Positions 26,585 through 36,500 of a DNA stretch of 64,000 bases are shown piece by piece (positions within the stretch are counted from its first letter, which is position 1; the number at the start of each line of letters is the position of its first letter). The stretch is from Candidatus Brocadiia bacterium. Lineage in GTDB: Bacteria; Planctomycetota; MHYJ01; JACQXL01. The stretch lies in contig JBBAAP010000001.1 in NCBI GenBank assembly GCA_041658285.1, positions 260,916-324,915 of the forward strand, given 5' to 3'. Position numbers and translations under genes: made by a program. The notes beneath the pieces are model-generated. The model searched no databases. It was not told where the DNA came from and worked only from the letters and a program-made list of their open reading frames with translations.

Positions 26585-27391
26585 CTACCCCCTATTTATG
26601 ACCCGGACCATCTCGTTATGTATCAATCCGTTGGAGGCAAGAATCTCTCTCTTGCCAAACAACCGGAACGGCCCGCCCTTGAAGTCGCTGACCTTGCCGC
26701 CGGCCTCCTGCGCGATAAGCGCTCCGGCCGCCGTATCCCAGGGCTTTAATTCCCGTTCCCAGAACCCGTCCAGCCGACCCATAGCTAAATAGCATAAATC
26801 CAAAGCGGCCGCCCCAGCCCGGCGCACCGCCTGGGCCGTCAGGCAGAAGCGTTGGAAGTTCCTAAAGTTATCACCAGGCTTCTGTCTTATAATGTAAGGA
26901 AACCCGGTGCAGAGCATGCCGCTGGTCAGGCGTTTGACCTTTGATACCTTTATTCTTCCATCATTAAGCCACGCGCCCTTTCCTTTGACGGCTGAGAATA
27001 ACTCGTCCAGGGCCGGACTATAGACCGCGCCGATAAGCGGCGTCTGGCCTTGCACCAGGGCTATGGACACGCAATAGAACGGGAATGAGTGCGAGAAGTT
27101 TGTAGTGCCGTCCAAAGGGTCGATGACCCAACATAATGATGAATTATGAGTTATAAATTCTGAATTATAACGCCTTATCGAACCAGCGTCTTCTTCGGAC
27201 AAGATTTGGTGCTGTGGAAAGCGCTTGCGGATGGCGCTGATAATCAGCTTCTCGGAGAGCTTGTCGGCTTTGGTGACCAGGTCAAGCTCGGTGGACTTGG
27301 TTTTGGCAGAACATCTGCCTTCGAGACTGTGTATTAACCGCCCAGCCCGACGGGCAAGAACCCTGGCAAATTGGAGATATTCGTTCATCAT
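26585..27391 (-). CDS. suhB: Inositol monophosphatase family protein (SuhB-like)
   Basis: It has the WVIDPLDGTTNF and GAAALDLCYLA... IMPase motifs. Confidence 0.85.
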   Translation of the reverse strand: MMNEYLQFARVLARRAGRLIHSLEGRCSAKTKSTELDLVTKADKLSEKLIISAIRKRFPQHQILSEEDAGSIRRYNSEFITHNSSLCWVIDPLDGTTNFSHSFPFYCVSIALVQGQTPLIGAVYSPALDELFSAVKGKGAWLNDGRIKVSKVKRLTSGMLCTGFPYIIRQKPGDNFRNFQRFCLTAQAVRRAGAAALDLCYLAMGRLDGFWERELKPWDTAAGALIAQEAGGKVSDFKGGPFRLFGKREILASNGLIHNEMVRVINRG

Positions 27392-27459
27392 ATAAAGTTA
27401 TTTTAATAATACCCTCTTAGGGCCGGACTGTCAAAACAATCTTATTACCCGTCTTCGCC

Positions 27460-27610
27460 ATATTAAACCACTAAGTGCACTAAGAACACTGATTGTTTCA
27501 TTAATATACCACGAAAACTCGAAATAACCAAAACACAAAATTTAGTGTTTTCTTACTTTCGTGCCTTCGTGGTAAGATTGAAAATCAGTGATTTCAGTGT
27601 TCTCAGTGGT
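27460..27610. repeat. Mosaic palindromic intergenic repeat (CAC-NNA-G family), full copy
   Basis: The left arm AACCACTAAG..AACACTGA pairs with the right arm TCAGTGTTCTCAGTGGTT. The inner module ...CCACGAAAACTCGAAAT...CTTACTTTCGTGCCTTCGTGGTAAG is the reverse complement of the module at 28963-29040. Confidence 0.8.
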
Positions 27611-27616
27611 TGTATT

Positions 27617-28933
27617 TTAAGTATTAGGTTTTAACCGGCTGTTGAGCTGTTTTGCCTTGTCTTTGATAGCCTCTAAATCATCAAAACCAACGCCGGGCAT
27701 ACGGCAGGAGTAAACCGATTTGTTGTGCAGGAGCGGTTCGGCAGTTATCTGAGGAAGTTCTTTGGCCGCCTTGAGGAAATCTGGCGTGCCGGGAACCGGG
27801 GCGTATTGGGCCATCTTGATTATCCCGCCGCTTTTATGGACGAACTCGATGCTTTGGTCCACTTCCTCGAGCGCCTGGCCGGGCAGTCCCATCAGGACAT
27901 AAACGCCGACATCAACCGGCTTGAATCCGGATTGGTAAAGATAGCCCAGCGTCCGGGGCAGGTCGGCCGAAGCGGTCTTGCGCGACGAATCTTCCTGCCG
28001 ACTGACGCTCTCGAACCCGAGCCTGATGGTCTTGAATCCGGCCCGGCATAACTTGCCGGCCAGCTGTTTGTCTATCAAACTTATATGCAACCCGTTGGGC
28101 GTATGGAAACGCGCTTTTTGGTTAAGCCCCCGGCTGATGATGCCGTCAATAATCGGTTCGATATGCTTATGGCTGTCGAACAACAGGGCGTCATCGTAAA
28201 AGGCGATATCCTCAACGCCCAAATCCGAAATATAATAATTTATTTCATCGATTACCTGACTGGGTTCCCGGCAAGTATAGCCGTCGTTAAGCTCTGCGCT
28301 GGCGCAGTATGAACAGCGGAACGGGCATCCGCGCGAGGTAATCATCGCCGCGGATTTCAATCCCGGATAAAGATGATAGGCCGGATAGGATTCTGTATTT
28401 GGAGTATTGGATACGGGATTTATTCCGATTGTCTTAACTAATTCCAGGACCTGCTCCTCGCCCGGCCCGGTGATGACATAATCAGCCCCGGAGTTCCGGC
28501 GGGCGTGTTCGGCGCAGAGCGTGGCATATACCCCGCCCAAAGCTATGGGCGATTTCGGATAGGCTTTCCGGATAACAGCGATGATCTCAGCCACGCCGGT
28601 GTACCAGTAGGTCATCATCGAGGTGACCAGAACCAGGTCCGGTTCGGACGGCAATGCCTTGAGCCGGCCGGCTAATTCCGCGGGCGTGATGCCGTAACGT
28701 TTGTACTTGCGCGGTATCCCGGAAAAACAGTCCGGCTTGGCGATTACCTGGCTCCGGAAATGGCCGCAGTTATACGGGCCGGAAGACTCTACGCCCTCGG
28801 CCAGGCAATCAATCAGGCTGATTGGGTAACCGCGCTGCTCCAGGAATCCGCCCAGATACAAAAGGCCAAGCGGCTTCATCCACAGGTCATAGGCGGCGAA
28901 GTCGTGTATCCAGGGATTGACCAGAAGAATCAT
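27617..28933 (-). CDS. B12-binding domain / radical SAM protein
   Basis: It has an N-terminal cobalamin-binding Rossmann domain and a CPFRCSYC radical SAM cluster motif. Confidence 0.8.
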   Translation of the reverse strand: MILLVNPWIHDFAAYDLWMKPLGLLYLGGFLEQRGYPISLIDCLAEGVESSGPYNCGHFRSQVIAKPDCFSGIPRKYKRYGITPAELAGRLKALPSEPDLVLVTSMMTYWYTGVAEIIAVIRKAYPKSPIALGGVYATLCAEHARRNSGADYVITGPGEEQVLELVKTIGINPVSNTPNTESYPAYHLYPGLKSAAMITSRGCPFRCSYCASAELNDGYTCREPSQVIDEINYYISDLGVEDIAFYDDALLFDSHKHIEPIIDGIISRGLNQKARFHTPNGLHISLIDKQLAGKLCRAGFKTIRLGFESVSRQEDSSRKTASADLPRTLGYLYQSGFKPVDVGVYVLMGLPGQALEEVDQSIEFVHKSGGIIKMAQYAPVPGTPDFLKAAKELPQITAEPLLHNKSVYSCRMPGVGFDDLEAIKDKAKQLNSRLKPNT

Positions 28934-28940
28934 AGATTAA

Positions 28941-29045
28941 TCCAAATACAACCACTAAGAACACTGAAATCACTGATTTCAATCTTACCACGAAGGCACG
29001 AAAGTAAGAAAGCACTAAATTTCGAGTTTTCGTGGTATATTAATA
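28941..29045. repeat. Mosaic palindromic intergenic repeat (CAC-NNA-G family), inverted relative to the copy at 27460-27610
   Basis: The sequence is AACCACTAAGAACACTGAAATCACTGATTTCAATCTTACCACGAAGGCACGAAAGTAAGAAAGCACTAAATTTCGAGTTTTCGTGGTATATTAATAAAA. Its terminal 30 bp are identical to 21116-21145. Confidence 0.8.
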
Positions 29046-29070
29046 AAACTTTACCGTGAAATCAGATGAA

Positions 29071-29754
29071 TCAGCGGTTTCTTTTTATGACAAACACCCA
29101 TAAGGGAGGAACGAACATTATCAGCAGTAATACTGCAGCCAGCCCGATATTTATTGGCTGGCTGAGGATGGCGTATGATTTGTCGATATTAGGCCGGGTC
29201 AACTGCCAGACCTGGGGCAGGCTGTTCATTGTTACCAATCTAAGATAGAAGAATATTATCAGGCTCATCACCCTGAGAAACCGCCACTGTTCCAGGTGCT
29301 TGGTTATCTGGACCCAGCTGAACTGCCCGTTGGCCGGGATATTGCTCGGCCACAGGCGCGGGATGATGCGCGGCACTTTTTGGCAGTAGGCGTCATAATC
29401 CGCTCCGAAACGCTGGCGCAGGAATGTTTCCTCCTTGCGGATGCGCCAGTTGATGACGCCCAAATAGAAAATAACCATATAGGCAACGGTGATATAAATA
29501 TTGAGCGAGATGATGCAAAGCCCGGCATCGAGCAGGATATTGGCGAAGTAAAACGGGTTGCGGACAAACCGGTACGGCCCGGCGGTGATGAGCTGTTCCT
29601 GCTTGACCAGGTAACCGGACGAGATGAAGTGTATGACCTGTCCGACGAATATGAGCGCCCCGCCGATTACCAGCGAGGTAACGCTGGGATAAGACCAGAC
29701 CAGCAGGGACAGGATGAATAACTTGCGGACATTGGTCCGGAGCTTGAATTTCAT
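29071..29754 (-). CDS. Isoprenylcysteine carboxyl methyltransferase (ICMT)/PEMT-family membrane methyltransferase
   Basis: It has the GPYRFVRNPFY and EE..L...FG..Y..Y motifs of the ICMT/PEMT family. Confidence 0.75.
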   Translation of the reverse strand: MKFKLRTNVRKLFILSLLVWSYPSVTSLVIGGALIFVGQVIHFISSGYLVKQEQLITAGPYRFVRNPFYFANILLDAGLCIISLNIYITVAYMVIFYLGVINWRIRKEETFLRQRFGADYDAYCQKVPRIIPRLWPSNIPANGQFSWVQITKHLEQWRFLRVMSLIIFFYLRLVTMNSLPQVWQLTRPNIDKSYAILSQPINIGLAAVLLLIMFVPPLWVFVIKRNR

Positions 29755-29756
29755 AT

Positions 29757-30389
29757 CTATTTAATATCGTCCGACGGCCGGTAGTTCTTGCGGCTGAATA
29801 TCCAGAGCCGCCTGACCCGCCAGAACCATTTCATGAATTTCTTGTCTTCATTAGTCATCTTGGCCGGGAAATAGCGGTTCTTGAATTTGAGCAGGCTGGC
29901 CCGGTCAATCAGGCAAAGATAATTAAAAATCTGCTTGAAACCGAAGGCGCGCCGGCGGAAATACAGGGCGTTGGCAAAATCTATCAGGTAAGGCTTCATA
30001 TCCGGCCCGACCAGGATATTGCGTTTCTGGGCCAAGTCAAGATGGACCACGCCTTTGGCGTGGATGGCCGAGATAAGCGCCTCGATTCTAGGTATTATTT
30101 CGTAAGGCAGTTTTTCTTTGAACCGGCCCAGCGGTTCGCCTTGGATATATTCTGTTATCAGGCCGGAGTCGGTGCGGTCAATCAGGACCGGGATGCCGCT
30201 GATGCCGCGGAGATGCTTCATGACCGCGACTTCGTTGCCGATAAGGGTATTGCCCCAGACGGTCCGGGTCAGGCCGGGGCATTCGGAATAATCCTTGAGC
30301 ACGGCTTTCCGGCCCCGGTAGTCGATTATCTTCACCACCGGGGTAAATGGGGTTGATTTCTTTATGACTTCAATGACCTTGTATTCCAT
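29757..30389 (-). CDS. Protein kinase-like fold protein (Kdo/WaaP lipopolysaccharide kinase or RIO-like)
   Basis: It has VHLDLAQKRNILV (catalytic-loop-like) and LIDFANA (DFG-like) motifs. I prefer the start at MEYKV (30389), which leaves 4 bp to the upstream gene. Confidence 0.6.
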   Translation of the reverse strand: MEYKVIEVIKKSTPFTPVVKIIDYRGRKAVLKDYSECPGLTRTVWGNTLIGNEVAVMKHLRGISGIPVLIDRTDSGLITEYIQGEPLGRFKEKLPYEIIPRIEALISAIHAKGVVHLDLAQKRNILVGPDMKPYLIDFANALYFRRRAFGFKQIFNYLCLIDRASLLKFKNRYFPAKMTNEDKKFMKWFWRVRRLWIFSRKNYRPSDDIK

Positions 30390-30393
30390 TATT

Positions 30394-30990
30394 TTATAAT
30401 ATCCAGGGCTTGCCGACAATCAAGGCCGTTCCGATAAGCACCGCGATACCCACCTGTATCTCCTGGTTCCCCCGGAACACGGACCACTGCCAGGACTTGA
30501 GGGTTCTTTTTTCATACGGCGTCAGGCGGCGGGGTATATAATCCGGCACGTTTTTATCATAGTCGGCGTAGTCCTGGCCGAACTTTTCCAGAAGGCGTGT
30601 CTTTTCTATACGGTTCTTGGCCGGCACATACTGGAACAGGAACGCGGCTAACTCAATAGCCAGTATGTAATAAATATAAGGATTGATGGCCAGGATATTA
30701 CAGCCGAGCATAATGATGAAAGTGCCGGCATACATCGGGTTCTTGATGTAGGCATAAGGGCCGCTGGTGGTAAGCGACTTGTTCTTTTCCAGGTGGCCAG
30801 TGGCCCAGATGCGGATAATCTCGCCGATGGCCACCAAAGCCAGGCCGCTGGCCAAGAACGGCAGGTAATCTATGCCGCTTTTTGTCTTAGGCAATCCGGG
30901 CTCGGCGAACCAGACCAGCACACCGAAGATGGCCAGAACAGATAAGAACCTGAGATTAATCTTCTGAATCCGCTTCTTCAAACTTGACAT
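30394..30990 (-). CDS. ICMT/PEMT-family membrane methyltransferase (second paralog)
   Basis: It has GPYAYIKNPMY plus a C-terminal FG.DY..Y motif. Confidence 0.75.
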   Translation of the reverse strand: MSSLKKRIQKINLRFLSVLAIFGVLVWFAEPGLPKTKSGIDYLPFLASGLALVAIGEIIRIWATGHLEKNKSLTTSGPYAYIKNPMYAGTFIIMLGCNILAINPYIYYILAIELAAFLFQYVPAKNRIEKTRLLEKFGQDYADYDKNVPDYIPRRLTPYEKRTLKSWQWSVFRGNQEIQVGIAVLIGTALIVGKPWIL

Positions 30991-32009
30991 AATATCCTTT
31001 CCATCTGACTGACGGAATTATCCCATCGGAACTTTTGGGACATCTGGTAACCGTTTTCCGAGATACTCTTGAGCAAATCCCGGTCTTTTAGAAGCCTTAT
31101 TATACTTTCGGCTAATTCGGCCGGATTCTTTGGCGCAGAAACAAGAGCCGTCCGGTTATGGATTGCATAATCACGGCAACCTCCGTTGTCGGTAGTCGCC
31201 AGCGCCGTGCCGCAGGCCATGGCTTCGAGTCCGGGCAGACCGAACCCTTCATACCAGCTCGGGCAGATGAATACATCGCACGAAGAATAAATATTGCGCA
31301 ATACCGCACCATCAGCGTTTTGGAAATAATCGTATTTGAATCCGGCCTGATTGAATGCCGGCCTTCGGTTCCGGGCGCCGAATAATACCACCTTAACATC
31401 AGGGAATGATTCAAACGCCTTGTTTATCGCTTCCACGCCATCAGCCAGCCCTTTCCAATCAGCCGTATGGTAAAGCATGCCCAACCGCAGGGTCCCATAA
31501 GTTTTACCGGACGGAAAGAATTCCTGCTCATCGATGGCATTAGGCACGTAATCTGACGGCTGGCCGTATTTATTCTTAAGCTCATCCCTAAGCCATCCGG
31601 AAACGGCTATTTTCCGGAAAGGCATGGCATAGGTGGCCTCGACCTGTTTCAGGTCTGCCGGCTCAACCAGGCCTTCCATATGCTGGATCAGGTAAAATTT
31701 GCGCCCTTTGGAGTCCGGGATGTTATTAAGCTCGGCCGCAGTTTTCCAGGAGCTGGCCATAATGATATCGGCATCAGGGATATAATCGGACTCGAAAGAC
31801 GGCACGAATATAATCCGGACAGGTTTGAGGTCAATCCATCCAATCGTATCAATTAAAGAATGAGTCGCGTTGCGCAACCAGCTCAAGCGCGGCTGCTTGA
31901 CAACCAGAGTCACTTTATGATTAAGTCTGGCCAACCGCCGGGCATATTCGCAGATAATCTTAACCCCACCGCTTATTTTAATATGTGGCGCCAGAAATGT
32001 TATGCGCAT
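30978..32009 (-). CDS. Glycosyltransferase family 4 (GT1 fold)
   Basis: It has the EGFGLPGLEAMACG motif and a GT-B fold. Confidence 0.85.
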   Translation of the reverse strand: MRITFLAPHIKISGGVKIICEYARRLARLNHKVTLVVKQPRLSWLRNATHSLIDTIGWIDLKPVRIIFVPSFESDYIPDADIIMASSWKTAAELNNIPDSKGRKFYLIQHMEGLVEPADLKQVEATYAMPFRKIAVSGWLRDELKNKYGQPSDYVPNAIDEQEFFPSGKTYGTLRLGMLYHTADWKGLADGVEAINKAFESFPDVKVVLFGARNRRPAFNQAGFKYDYFQNADGAVLRNIYSSCDVFICPSWYEGFGLPGLEAMACGTALATTDNGGCRDYAIHNRTALVSAPKNPAELAESIIRLLKDRDLLKSISENGYQMSQKFRWDNSVSQMERILCQV

Positions 32010-32010
32010 A

Positions 32011-32538
32011 TCATTCTTTGACCAGGACGGTATAAACCTCCCAGTATTTATAAGGCAGGATTTTCAGGAACTTTTCGCCGCGCCGCTGTTTGATATTAAG
32101 CAGCCATTCCAGGAAGCTGTCAAACAGGCTGGGCTTATGCCAGTTGCGGTCTACCTGTATGCGGGATGACTTAAAATTGAAATGAAAATCACGGTAATAA
32201 GATTTAGTATGAGCCCGGTCGTAATTACGGAATGTCTCGAAGTTAAAATACCGGCAATGGGTCGGGTCGCCGAAGGCGCTCGGGCTGAAACAATGCGGTA
32301 CTCGAATTATCAGCTGCCCGCCCGGGCTGAGCACCCGATGGAATTCTTTCATGACTGCTTCCAGGTCAGTAATGTGTTCCAGGACGTGAGCGCAGTAAAT
32401 CTCTTCAACGCTGTTATCCTTAATTGATGGCAATCCCTGGCGGATATCGCAAACGATATCCACCCCGGGCAGTTTAGCCACGTCAACCCCGGTATAACCA
32501 TCGCGCTTTTTATTACCGCATCCTATATCTAATTTCAT
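32011..32538 (-). CDS. Class I SAM-dependent methyltransferase
   Basis: It has LDIGCGNKKRDGYTGVDV (motif I) and VLSPGGQLII motifs. Confidence 0.8.
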   Translation of the reverse strand: MKLDIGCGNKKRDGYTGVDVAKLPGVDIVCDIRQGLPSIKDNSVEEIYCAHVLEHITDLEAVMKEFHRVLSPGGQLIIRVPHCFSPSAFGDPTHCRYFNFETFRNYDRAHTKSYYRDFHFNFKSSRIQVDRNWHKPSLFDSFLEWLLNIKQRRGEKFLKILPYKYWEVYTVLVKE

Positions 32539-33518
32539 TTCAAAACCTCTTTGATGATATCCAACAGTTTCGGCGCATTGGCATTTATGGAATATCCCTG
32601 CTCCACTGTGGCCCGGCCGGCCAGCCCTAGGTTCCGGCGCAATTCAATACTCTCTACTAAACGGCTGATTTGATCAAACCATTCCTGGTCTGTTTTGGCA
32701 AGAAAGCCGTTGATATTTTCCTTGATTATCTGGTTATGGACGCCAACCGGCGAAGCTACGGCCGGCAGACCGGCGGCCATACATTGAAGCAGCTTAGTGG
32801 CGCATTTGCCGCGCGACCATAAGTCGTCAGGCAACGGCGCCAGGCCGATATCAAAACTCAAGATGTCGTTAACCTCTTCCAACTCGCTCCACTGTTTTTT
32901 CATTACCGGCATTCCGGCGCAGTCGAAGAAATCATTACAGACTATTTTAAGCCTGGTCGTTTTATGTTTATCGTGTATCCGGTCAAGCACATCGCTGAGT
33001 TTCTTCAGGAATACCAGAGACTTCCTGCCGCCAATCCAGCCCAAAGTAACCGTATCATTCGGGTGATGCTCTTTAACAGAATACTTCTTCGTTTCTATGG
33101 AGGTAGGAATAACCCAAACTCTGGAATTATGAGGCAACGCCAGTGATTGGAGATAATCGTTTCCGGCAATGACTCCGTCCACATTGCTGACGGTATTGAT
33201 AAAATGTTTCATCCGGGCAGGTGAATCGGGCGAATCGTGCCGGGAGCTGTTGAACATAACCGCATCGTCAAAATCATATATCAGGCGGCTATTTTTACGA
33301 AGGTGCTTGAGCCAGAACGGCGTGACCCGTTTTTTCTGGATAAAAACAACATCCCAGTTCCCGGCTTTACGCGTCAACTGCCACCATTTCCAGATTGATT
33401 TCGGCGCAGTCATTACATCTGTCTGAATGCCGTGCTCGTTCAAATAATCCAGGTACTGGGCAACCCGATAACGCGGCGCCGGGTGGTTCTTGTCTCTGAC
33501 CAGAAAGAGTATCTTCAT
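32535..33518 (-). CDS. Glycosyltransferase family 4 (GT1 fold)
   Basis: It has a GT-B fold with a C-terminal nucleotide-sugar binding region (GLPAVASPVG). It overlaps the downstream gene by 4 bp, which fits an operon. Confidence 0.8.
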   Translation of the reverse strand: MKILFLVRDKNHPAPRYRVAQYLDYLNEHGIQTDVMTAPKSIWKWWQLTRKAGNWDVVFIQKKRVTPFWLKHLRKNSRLIYDFDDAVMFNSSRHDSPDSPARMKHFINTVSNVDGVIAGNDYLQSLALPHNSRVWVIPTSIETKKYSVKEHHPNDTVTLGWIGGRKSLVFLKKLSDVLDRIHDKHKTTRLKIVCNDFFDCAGMPVMKKQWSELEEVNDILSFDIGLAPLPDDLWSRGKCATKLLQCMAAGLPAVASPVGVHNQIIKENINGFLAKTDQEWFDQISRLVESIELRRNLGLAGRATVEQGYSINANAPKLLDIIKEVLK

Positions 33519-33528
33519 AATCTGCCAA

Positions 33529-36500
33529 TTATTTAGGCGCGGGAGACCTACCCGGATGTCCCCGGCCGGTACGTGGCGGCGAGACTTCTATATCCTTGGG
33601 CTCGGGGAATTTGATGTCGGAACCGGCTATGGCCAAGGCTGCCTGATAGACCAGCGTGGCTATTTGCGACATCTTATCAGGCATCAATTTATCAGCCGTA
33701 TCGCCGATGGTATGTTCTTCCTCAAACGGACCGGAGGTGAAATTCAGGGCCGGCACCTTGGCCTGGTGGAACGAGGCGTGATCCGAACCGTATTTAAACA
33801 GGAAATCAATATTAGTCTTGAGATTCAAGCTCAGTGATGCATTAGCTTTATTGACCACTTCAAACAATTCCGGGTTAAATGCCTTACCCATAATAAACAA
33901 CTCACCCAGATTCCCGCGGCCAATCATATCCAAATTGAGCATGGCCGTTTTTTTATAATCCATCATAGCGCGCGAGGAATCTATTTTAGAAAAAGGATTC
34001 GCTGAAGAAATACCGGCCGCGAATTTAGAACCCCATAACCCTGATTCTTCGCCGCCGAATGCAATGAAAATAATCGTGCGTTTAGACGGTTTCTTTGCCA
34101 AGGCTTCGGCGATGGCCAACAGTCCGCCGACGCCGGAGGCATTATCATTTCCTCCTGCAAATGCTTTACCCTCATAATTCAAACCCAGATGGTCATAATG
34201 AGCGCCGATAATCAACGCTTCCCCTTTTAGCAAGGGGTCATTCCCTTCCAGTATGCCTATTACATTAGCAGTATTGACGACCTCTTCCCAAGCAGTGTGT
34301 ATTTTAATAGTCACCCGACGGTTTTCTTTAGAATCATCGGGATTCAAATTAACCAACAGCGCAGGTATTGGAAAAGGCTGAAGCCGTGACTGGCTGGAAA
34401 GAGTCATCGAACGCAGGGAGACATTTCTTTGCTTCGGCTCATCGGAAGCGACTCTTTGCTGGATTGCCTGTGACGGGAATTCTTCCCAGGCAATGTCCGG
34501 GGAATCCAGCCCCTTAATACTGTAAATTAATACCGCTTTGGCCCCGTGCTTTCCCGCATTAGTCACTTTAGAGAGCACCGAAGCATATTTGGTGGTAGTA
34601 ACCGGAAAAGCATCTGGTAATCCATCCTTTATCAGCACTACCTTATCTTTAACATCTTTATTGGCATAATCATCACGTTGATGTTCGGGGGCAGATATGC
34701 CGTACTCAACGAATACGGCCGGACAATTTTGGATATCAATATCCGCATTACCCGAGAAGTTATAAGGGAGAAAATCCTTGCCTAAAACCAATTGTTTGCC
34801 GTCAATCTCAAGCAGGGTATTTTTCCCTAATTTCCTGAAAGGTATGGGAAACGATTCAAGGTATGAATTACTTTTTAGGGGCGGCTTTAATCCATATTTC
34901 CGGAACTCGCCGGCAATATACTCGGCAGATAGTTTATCGCCTTTGCTGCCAGGCGCCCGGCCTCCCATATCAACGGATGCCAGATATTCCGCGTGTTTCT
35001 TTATGATATTACCGTCAATAGCTGATGAAGATTGTCCAGCGTCCTGGAACCGGTGTTCCAGCGCGTTATATGGCGGATTGAAATCGCCTTTCTGGGCCAT
35101 CCGACCGGCGCTGAATAGCACATACTGATCCCAGCGGTAGAAAAATATTGTCCGCCCCGGCCGTTCAACCGCATCTTTGGACAACCCCATAAATACGGTT
35201 ACGTATTTATCCTTATTGAACGGGTTACGCTCGGAAACCATCAGTGCATATTTCGATTCATTGTATGAAGCACCCATAATACTAAAACTATTCTCCTTAA
35301 CTTGCAAAGCACCGGAAGACGATAATTTTAACGCAACACTATTAATCGCCGGACCGCCTAAAATCAATAGGGAATTCCCATCCAACTCATTTTCGGTTAC
35401 GTCTTTATCCATCTTAACCGCTGCCGTCCTGGTTGAGGCTACCCGCTCGGCTATTTTCTGATAAATACTATTCTCATCAGCTACACCTTTGGTCGGACAA
35501 ATTATTATTAAATTCTGGTCGGAAAGAGTCATCCCCAGGCAAGGCGAAAGCTCCTGCCGGCTGAATTTACGGAAGATATTGTATTCAGGGTCAAACACCA
35601 AAGATATGACTTTAGTTGATCCTTTCGGCGCCGGTAAAGTCGCCCTTTGGGTTGAGCCTATAATATCCAAAGTATTGGTAAGCTGCCCCTGGTCAGTGGT
35701 TAAAACGAACGGAATAGAAAACCTGTATGACTCTTTGGCTGATTGCTTTATGGCAAAAGATACTTGTTGCGAACCATCCGCCCCGTTGCTTAAAGCGACA
35801 TCTTCGATAGAAATAACCGGGGCTCCGGTTCGTTCCAACCATTGGGCAAAAAACCATTTCAGGTCACCGGCTTTTTTACCGGATGACTTTTCGAATGCGG
35901 CCTGAAAATCACTCCAGGAAGCCTTGCCTGCACCATGTTCTTTTATAACCAGGCGTAACGCATCGAAGAATGCCTGGTCGCCTATGGTCTGGCGCATCAT
36001 ATGGAACACCATCGATGCCTTGCCATAACCGATTTCACTGTCCTGCTCGCCCATTTTTGATATGAATCTACGGGCCGGGTAATCGTTAGAATCATTCACA
36101 TAAGCCGAAAACTTAACATACGTATTGCGGCGGTAATTTATGGCGTCCTGCTTGGTCTTTTTTAACTCAAGATAGTAATAATTGGAGCAATAAGAAGTCA
36201 ACCCTTCGCACCAATTACCGTCTTTTTCATCCACATTTACGTAATTTCCCCACCAGCAGTGCATAATCTCGTGGCCAAGACCGCCCTCATTTGCATGCCG
36301 GCCGCTCATGATAACATCCTTGCCAAGCAAAGTATATGAAGGCATGCCATAACCGGTGGTGAAAAAGTTTTCCACAATGGAAAAAGACTTGAACGGATAC
36401 GGTGTCAACGCCTGCGAATAAAGAGTGATAAATTCCTTGGCAGCGTCAATATGCATCTGGGCAAATTGTTGAGACTCCTTGGAAAAATAAGTGGCTATTC

